DNA from: an uncultured virus (IMG/VR IMGVR_UViG_3300027278_000424)
Taxonomy: Duplodnaviria; Heunggongvirae; Uroviricota; Caudoviricetes
Length of the DNA stretch: 64,000 nucleotides
Strand: one strand, 5' to 3'
IMG/VR virus record: IMGVR_UViG_3300027278_000424
The notes under the pieces are model-generated. The model saw only the letters and a program-made list of their open reading frames with translations. It was not told the origin of the DNA and did not search any database. Below, piece after piece: positions 58,071-64,000 of the stretch. The translations under genes and the position numbers were made by a program. Each line of letters begins with the position of its first letter. Position 1 is the first letter of the stretch.

Positions 58071-59420
58071 ATGACATTAAAGAGCTTACAGCAGTACGGG
58101 AAGGGGTTCCAACTAAAAGTACTAGGATCATTACTCACAGACAAGAAATTTCTACTAAACGTTAGAGACGTACTCAAAGAGGACTATTTTGATGCCGATT
58201 CACATAAGTGGATTATCAACAACATTATGGAATACTTTGACAAGTACCACACTACCGTTACAATGGATGTGCTTAAAGTAGAACTTCAGAAACTAGATAA
58301 CGAGATTTTAGTTGTAGCGTTAAAAGAAGAGTTAAGAAACTCTTATGCAGCCACCCAAGACGATTTAGAGTATGTACAGGAAGAGTTCTTAGGATTTTGT
58401 AAGAACCAGGAAATGAAACATGCAATCTTATCCTCAGCAGACTTATTAAAAGAAGGTGATTTCGACGGTATTAGAAATATGGTTGAAAAAGCAATGAAAG
58501 CTGGAATGGATAAGAATATGGGTCATGAGTACAACAAAGATGTAGAATCTCGATATAGAGAGAACTATAGACCTACCGTTCCTACACCTTGGCCTTTAAT
58601 GAATGATGGAATCCAAGGAGGCTTTGGCCCAGGAGATTTAGTTATCGTATTTGGTAACCCAGGAGGAGGTAAATCTTGGACGATGGTAGCTGCAGCAGCT
58701 CATGCTGTTAAAATGGGGTATAATGTTAATTACTATACTTTAGAGTTAGGTGAAGATTATGTAGGTAAACGATTCGACTGTTATTTTACTGGATACTCTA
58801 TAGATGAAGTAAATAAACATAGAGGAGAAGTTGAAAAAGTAGTTGAAGGTCTTAAAGGTAAACTTATTGTAAAAGAATACCCGCCTAAAGGAGCTACAGT
58901 AAACACTATTAAGTCTCATATCCAGAAATGTATTGATATGGACCATAAACCAGATATGATTGTAATCGACTACGTTGATTATTTACGTGCACCGTCTAAA
59001 GGTAAGTTCGCAGAACGCAAGGATGAAATCGATGATGTATTTATCGCTACTAAAGGGCTAGCCAAAGAGTTTCAAATACCTGTCTTAACCCCATCACAAG
59101 TTAACCGAATGGGAGCCAAAGATTCAGTAATTGAAGGAGATAAAGCTGCAGGTTCTTATGATAAAATGATGGTAGCCGATATCTGCTTATCACTTTCTCG
59201 TCAGAAAGAAGACAAGGTATTAGGTACAGGTAGAATACACGTTATGAAAAATAGATACGGCCAAGATGGTATGACTTATGATGTAATGATGGATACAAAT
59301 AACGGTCATATTGAATTTAAAGGCAAAGCAGATCCTGCTGATTTAATGGCAGCCGATGATAAACCAGTTTTCTCTTTAGATAGAGAAACTATGGCTAAAG
59401 TTTTTGATAAAAAGTCATAA
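58071..59420 (+). CDS. Replicative DnaB-like helicase (gp41-like)
   Basis: GNPGGGKS, YTLE, IDYVDYL, SQVNR, KNRYG. Confidence 0.93.
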   Translation: MTLKSLQQYGKGFQLKVLGSLLTDKKFLLNVRDVLKEDYFDADSHKWIINNIMEYFDKYHTTVTMDVLKVELQKLDNEILVVALKEELRNSYAATQDDLEYVQEEFLGFCKNQEMKHAILSSADLLKEGDFDGIRNMVEKAMKAGMDKNMGHEYNKDVESRYRENYRPTVPTPWPLMNDGIQGGFGPGDLVIVFGNPGGGKSWTMVAAAAHAVKMGYNVNYYTLELGEDYVGKRFDCYFTGYSIDEVNKHRGEVEKVVEGLKGKLIVKEYPPKGATVNTIKSHIQKCIDMDHKPDMIVIDYVDYLRAPSKGKFAERKDEIDDVFIATKGLAKEFQIPVLTPSQVNRMGAKDSVIEGDKAAGSYDKMMVADICLSLSRQKEDKVLGTGRIHVMKNRYGQDGMTYDVMMDTNNGHIEFKGKADPADLMAADDKPVFSLDRETMAKVFDKKS

Positions 59421-59457
59421 CTTTTTGATCTGAAACCGAAATATATATTCTATTTAT

Positions 59458-59496
59458 AACCACGTCCTCGGTGGTTTCCACTTGAGGATGTTTTTG
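59458..59496 (+). promoter_or_regulatory. Terminator-like hairpin with an alternative fold upstream of nrdB
   Basis: ACGTCCTCG-GTGG-TTT-CCAC-T-TGAGGATGT followed by Ts; alternative pairing AACCAC/GTGGTT. Confidence 0.55.
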
Positions 59497-59526
59497 TCTT
59501 AATTAACACCAAATATATAATTATAT

Positions 59527-60501
59527 ATGAGCTTATTGCAAGAAAGAGTCGTTTACAAACCATTTGAATACCCACAAGCTTTTGACTATTGGATGAAGCA
59601 ACAACAAGCTCACTGGTTACATACAGAAGTACCGATGGCACAGGATGTTACCGACTGGTCATCCAACCTTAAACCCCATGAAAAGAATCTTATTGGAGGA
59701 ATCTTAAAAGGATTTGCACAGACAGAAACAGTGGTGAACGATTACTGGACTAACCTTGTAACTACTTGGTTTAGAAAACCAGAAATTATTGCAATGGGTG
59801 TTACTTTTGGTTCTTTTGAAACTATACACGCCGAAGCATACTCATTATTAAATGAGCAGTTAGGTTTAGATAACTTTGCTGAGTTTATGGAAGATGAGGC
59901 TACTATGGCTAAAATTGAAAATCTAATGGAAGTTAGAGATTCTCATGATGCACCAGACTGGCACCAAAGAGCTGTCTCTCTCGCAATCTTCTCTGCTTTC
60001 ACAGAAGGTGTTAACTTATTTAGTTCCTTTGCAGTGTTACTTTCATTTAAAATGAGAAACCTTTTAAAAGGAGTTGGACAGATAGTAGAATGGTCTGTAA
60101 GAGATGAATCTTTACACAGTAATGCAGGTTGTTGGTTATTTAAAACTCTAATGGAAGAACACCCAGAGTTTAAAACACCTCAACTTGAAGCAGATATTAG
60201 AGAAGCTGCAGCAGCAGCAATAAAATTAGAGTTTGACTTTATAGATAAAGTATTCGAAATGGGAGATTTAGAAAATCTTTCTAAAGACGAATTAAAAAAC
60301 TTTATTAAACACAGAGTAAATACTAAGATGGGAGATTTAGGTTTAAAACCTTTAATACCATCAGAGGAAATAGATAAAGGAGCATTAAAAACTATGAAAT
60401 GGTTTGATGCAGTTATCGCAGGAAAACAACAAACAGATTTCTTTGCCAATAGAGTAACAAACTACTCAAAAGGGCATATGGATTGGGATTCAGCATTTTA
60501 A
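59527..60501 (+). CDS. nrdB: Class I ribonucleotide reductase beta subunit
   Basis: YKPFEYP, HW...EV, ETIHAEAY, EGVNLFSSF, RDESLH, DFFANRVTNY. Confidence 0.95.
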   Translation: MSLLQERVVYKPFEYPQAFDYWMKQQQAHWLHTEVPMAQDVTDWSSNLKPHEKNLIGGILKGFAQTETVVNDYWTNLVTTWFRKPEIIAMGVTFGSFETIHAEAYSLLNEQLGLDNFAEFMEDEATMAKIENLMEVRDSHDAPDWHQRAVSLAIFSAFTEGVNLFSSFAVLLSFKMRNLLKGVGQIVEWSVRDESLHSNAGCWLFKTLMEEHPEFKTPQLEADIREAAAAAIKLEFDFIDKVFEMGDLENLSKDELKNFIKHRVNTKMGDLGLKPLIPSEEIDKGALKTMKWFDAVIAGKQQTDFFANRVTNYSKGHMDWDSAF

Positions 60502-60512
60502 TATAAAGTTTT

Positions 60513-60680
60513 ATGAAAAAATTAGTTAGGTACCCTAAAAAAGGGTATATAGGAGGAGTTTGTCACGGATTAGGAGAACATACAGGAATTGATCCCATAC
60601 TTTGGAGAACTTTAATGTTTTTCTTCTTAGGAGGAATAGTTTATTTAGCACTTTGGGTTGTTTTAAAAAAAGGAGAATAA
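60513..60680 (+). CDS. pspC: PspC-domain membrane protein (55 aa, below the ORF-track cutoff)
   Basis: MKKLVRYPKKGYIGGVCHGLGEHTGIDPILWRTLMFFFLGGIVYLALWVVLKKGE matches the L.R.....IGGVC.GL....GID....R + TM + Y...W PspC pattern. Confidence 0.85.
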   Translation: MKKLVRYPKKGYIGGVCHGLGEHTGIDPILWRTLMFFFLGGIVYLALWVVLKKGE

Positions 60681-60683
60681 TTT

Positions 60684-62399
60684 ATGAGTATAGCAGTAGA
60701 TACTTCCTCTTGGGAAGCAGGTAAAGATTATCCAGAATGGATGAACGAAGTTTCAATCGCAACAGTATCAAAAGGATACCTACTACCGGGAGAAACCCCA
60801 AAATTAGCATACAAAAGAGTTGCTTCAACAGTAGCCAAAAGATTAGATAGACCAGACTTAGAGAGTAAATTCTTCCGATATATGTGGAAGGGTTGGTTGA
60901 ACTTAGCTTCACCGGTACTTTCTAATACCGGTACAGATAAAGGATTACCAATCTCTTGTTTCGGTATAGACACCCCTGATTCTATTAGAGGTATTGGATT
61001 AACTAATGCCGAACTCATGAGATTGACATCCCTTGGAGGAGGAGTAGGAATTGGACTTTCAAGAGTAAGAGGAAGAGGAGGAAAAATTGGTAAAGATGAT
61101 ATGGGTCAATCTGAAGGGATTGTGCCTTGGGCAAAAATTTATGATTCTACTATTATTGCTACCAATCAAGGAGCAGTAAGAAGAGGAGCAGCATCTGTAA
61201 ACCTAGATATTAATCACCCAGACATTAAAGAGTTCCTACAGATTAGAAGACCTAAAGGAGACCCTAATAGACAGTGTCTAAACCTACATCAGTGTGTTGT
61301 AGTGGATGATAACTTTATGGAGAAACTCGACAGGAGAGTACCGGAGGCTATGGAGACATGGGTGGAAATACTTAAGTCAAGAGTTGAAACAGGAGAACCT
61401 TATATTATGTTTAAGGATAACGTTAATAACGCAAATCCTCCTGCTTATACAAGAAACAACCTAGATGTAACAATGACCAATATCTGTTCAGAGATTACAC
61501 TACACACAGATGAGGAACATTCATTTATTTGCTGTCTATCTTCAGTAAACCTTACTAAATACCACGAGTGGAAAAACTCGGATTTAATTGAAACTTCAAT
61601 TTATTTCTTAGATGGTGTAATGGAAGAGTTTTTAGTAAAAACTAACGGTAAAGAATCTTTGGTTAGATCACACAGATCAGCTAAAAAAGGTAGAGCGATT
61701 GGACTAGGGGTACTAGGATGGCATACATTTTTACAAAACGAAAGAATCCCTTTTAACTCTATTGCAGCTACATCTTATACACACCAGATTTTCTCTAAAA
61801 TTAAAAATGAAGCAGAGGCAGCTTCAAGAAAATTAGCAGAAGAGTACGGGGAACCGCTATGGTGTAAAGGAACTGGTATGAGAAATACACACCTACTTGC
61901 TATTGCACCAACAGTATCTAATAGTACGATTTCAGGAGGAGTATCAGCAGGTATTGAACCAATCCCGGCTAACGTTTATACTTTTAACTCGGCAAAAGGT
62001 ACTTTTATTAGAAAGAACCCGGCCCTAGAGTCATACTTAGAGGATAAAGGACATAACACAGATGAGGTTTGGGATCAAATTATGAAAGATAGAGGATCTG
62101 TAGCAAACCTACCAGAAGATATCATGCCAGTAGATGATAAAGAGATATTCTTAACATTTGCCGAAATAAACCAACTTGCTCTAGTAGAACAAGCTTCTGT
62201 TAGGCAGAAATATATTGATCAAACACAATCTCTAAACTTAGCGTTCGATCCAACAGATAGCCCTAAATTTATCAACTTAGTTCACCAAACTGCTTGGAAA
62301 TTAGGAATAAAAACACTATATTACCTAAGAACAGATTCAGTTATAAACGGAGATATAGGTTCAAGAACTTCAGAAGACTGTTTATCCTGTGACGGATAA
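60684..62399 (+). CDS. nrdA: Class I ribonucleotide reductase alpha subunit lacking an ATP cone
   Basis: ASPVLSN, ISCF, GGGVG, RRGA, TNICSEI, CCLSS, IAPT, TLYY, C-terminal CLSCDG. Confidence 0.95.
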   Translation: MSIAVDTSSWEAGKDYPEWMNEVSIATVSKGYLLPGETPKLAYKRVASTVAKRLDRPDLESKFFRYMWKGWLNLASPVLSNTGTDKGLPISCFGIDTPDSIRGIGLTNAELMRLTSLGGGVGIGLSRVRGRGGKIGKDDMGQSEGIVPWAKIYDSTIIATNQGAVRRGAASVNLDINHPDIKEFLQIRRPKGDPNRQCLNLHQCVVVDDNFMEKLDRRVPEAMETWVEILKSRVETGEPYIMFKDNVNNANPPAYTRNNLDVTMTNICSEITLHTDEEHSFICCLSSVNLTKYHEWKNSDLIETSIYFLDGVMEEFLVKTNGKESLVRSHRSAKKGRAIGLGVLGWHTFLQNERIPFNSIAATSYTHQIFSKIKNEAEAASRKLAEEYGEPLWCKGTGMRNTHLLAIAPTVSNSTISGGVSAGIEPIPANVYTFNSAKGTFIRKNPALESYLEDKGHNTDEVWDQIMKDRGSVANLPEDIMPVDDKEIFLTFAEINQLALVEQASVRQKYIDQTQSLNLAFDPTDSPKFINLVHQTAWKLGIKTLYYLRTDSVINGDIGSRTSEDCLSCDG

Positions 62400-62414
62400 A
62401 AAAGTTGAAATGTT

Positions 62415-63917
62415 ATGAATAAATTAGAAGAAATTTTTAAAGCTTGGAATATTGCCTTTAATCCAGATAATAAACAATCTGAATTAGCATCCCAAAGAAT
62501 AAAAATTTGCAATGCCTGTGAGCATAAGAAAACAGATTTAGGTATTAACAGATGTGGAGTATGTGGATGTGCACTTAAAGGTAAAGTTTTTTCTCCTGTT
62601 ATTGGAGCCTGCCCAGAAGGTAAGTGGGATAAAATAGATAAAGAAATTATGCAAAAAGAAGATCCAATTACAGCAGAAGATACAATATTTGTACAAATAG
62701 CATCTTATAGAGATCCACAATTAGTTCCAACGTTGAATGATCTATTTGAGAAAGCAGATTTTCCTGATAATTTAAGAGTAACGGTAGTTTGGCAAACTTC
62801 CAAAGAAGACCAGTGGGATAATTTAGACCAATACAAAGATGATAGTAGGGTTAATGTAGTAGAGGTCCCATATCAAGAGTCTAAAGGGGCTTGTTGGGCA
62901 AGAAATTTAATACAGCAACACTACAAAGGAGAGAAGTATACTTTTCAACTAGACTCCCATCATAGATTTATTGAAGGGTGGGATAGTATCTTAATTAATA
63001 TGTTGAGGTCTCTACAACAAGAAGGGTTCAAAAAACCACTTCTTACAAGTTACATATCTTCTTTTGACCCCGATAATGACCCAGAAGGAAGAGTACAAGT
63101 TCCCTGGAAAATGGACTTCGATAGGTTTACCCCAGAAGGAGTTGTGTTCTTTCTACCTTCGACTATAGAAAATCACCAATATCTATCTAAACCAATAAGC
63201 GCTAGATTTTACTCTGCTCACTTTGCTTTTACAGTTGGGGAATTCGCTAAAGAAGTACAGCACGATCCAGAATTCTATTTTCATGGAGAAGAAATTAGCA
63301 TAGCAGTAAGAGCGTATACACATGGGTATGATTTATTTCACCCTCACAAGGTAGTAGCATGGCATGAATATACTAGAAAAGGCCGGACTAAACACTGGGA
63401 TGATAGCAAAACATGGTCACAGACTAATACGTATACACACAAAAGGGTAAGACAGTTATTAGGTACCGATGGGGAAGAAATGACTAATGATTTTGGAATA
63501 TATGGATTAGGTACTGAACGTTCGTTAAGTGATTATCAAAGATACGCTGGTATCAGATTTAGAGATAGAGGAGTGCAGAAATACACTACCGGAAACTTTC
63601 TTGCCCCTAACCCTCCAGTAGACGATTATGAAAATTCATTCTTTAGTATATTTAAACATTGTATAAATGTACATAGAAATTCTTTACCGGAGACAGATTA
63701 CGATTTACTGGTAGTAGCTTTCTTAGATGAGAATGGAGCTGATCTTTATAGAAAAGACGCAGAAAAAACAGAAATGGATCGTATTTTTAGCGCTGATGGT
63801 GAATGGTTAAATATTTGGAGAGAATACACCGGACCACTTCCTCATAAATGGTTAGTATGGCCACATTCGGTTTCTAAAGGTTGGTGTGATAGAATAGAAG
63901 GTAATTTAGGTAACTAA
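62415..63917 (+). CDS. GT60-type (Skp1/polypeptide alpha-GlcNAc transferase-like) enzyme with an N-terminal Cys-rich domain
   Basis: TIFVQIASYRDP, SKGACWAR, QLDSHHRF, FHGEE, WHEY.R, YGLGTERSL; N-terminal CNAC..CGVCGC..CP.GKW. Confidence 0.82.
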   Translation: MNKLEEIFKAWNIAFNPDNKQSELASQRIKICNACEHKKTDLGINRCGVCGCALKGKVFSPVIGACPEGKWDKIDKEIMQKEDPITAEDTIFVQIASYRDPQLVPTLNDLFEKADFPDNLRVTVVWQTSKEDQWDNLDQYKDDSRVNVVEVPYQESKGACWARNLIQQHYKGEKYTFQLDSHHRFIEGWDSILINMLRSLQQEGFKKPLLTSYISSFDPDNDPEGRVQVPWKMDFDRFTPEGVVFFLPSTIENHQYLSKPISARFYSAHFAFTVGEFAKEVQHDPEFYFHGEEISIAVRAYTHGYDLFHPHKVVAWHEYTRKGRTKHWDDSKTWSQTNTYTHKRVRQLLGTDGEEMTNDFGIYGLGTERSLSDYQRYAGIRFRDRGVQKYTTGNFLAPNPPVDDYENSFFSIFKHCINVHRNSLPETDYDLLVVAFLDENGADLYRKDAEKTEMDRIFSADGEWLNIWREYTGPLPHKWLVWPHSVSKGWCDRIEGNLGN

Positions 63918-63918
63918 C

Positions 63919-64000
63919 ATGAATACACTTGTAACTGCAATTTATAACCACAGCCCTCATTCAAGAATAGGTGGAAGAGGTTATAGATGGGAAGATTATG
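63919..64000 (+). CDS. Start of a hypothetical (possibly glycosyltransferase) gene truncated by the window end
   Basis: MNTLVTAIYNHSPHSRIGGRGYRWEDY... begins just after the previous stop. Confidence 0.5.
   Translation, partial: MNTLVTAIYNHSPHSRIGGRGYRWEDY

Noticed and set aside
450..62720. Numerous minus-strand ORFs in the ORF track (e.g. 687-968, 11610-12011, 15762-16496, 45881-46480)
   Set aside because: All are antisense shadows of well-supported + strand genes with biased or repetitive codon usage, and none has recognisable motifs
1..64000. Stop-codon reassignment (alternative genetic code)
   Set aside because: Code 11 gives dense, full-length genes, and TAG/TGA end genes at sensible boundaries (e.g. 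4262, 10579, 48235, 58020)
1..64000. tRNA genes, introns, inteins, homing endonucleases, integrase
   Set aside because: No cloverleaf seen in the short spacers; helicase, NrdA/B, capsid and Pol are uninterrupted and not oversized

Overview
This window is a 64-kb, all + strand, AT-rich segment of a large T4-like (far-T4-type) myovirus in genetic code 11. The host is probably a Bacteroidota member, inferred from TTG-N19-20-TATATT promoters and A-rich, Shine-Dalgarno-poor starts. Gene order: head (protease, scaffold, major capsid), PhoH, neck/tail terminator, then a ~14-kb block of modular fibre proteins including a 1974-aa repeat coiled coil. Next is an ~18-kb glycan/radical-SAM island (5 N-terminal-twitch radical SAMs, 2 GT7-LamG fusions, other GTs, a methyltransferase, 2 SGNH proteins, a UDP-glucose dehydrogenase). 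Then come the tail (sheath, tube, frameshifted chaperone, tape measure, baseplate, hub-lysozyme), replication genes (compact PolA, SSB, UvsX, 5' nuclease, helicase), nrdB-pspC-nrdA and a GT60 GlcNAc transferase. The best candidate for a new system is virion protein glycosylation/modification: the island sits inside the morphogenesis region, and a [S/T]-[G/A/S]-S motif recurs densely in the structural proteins. Also noted: a +1/-2 frameshift, a TATTTAT late-promoter motif, a three-way-junction leader RNA, a candidate sRNA and an unannotated PspC gene. All family calls come from reading motifs by eye; no searches were run.
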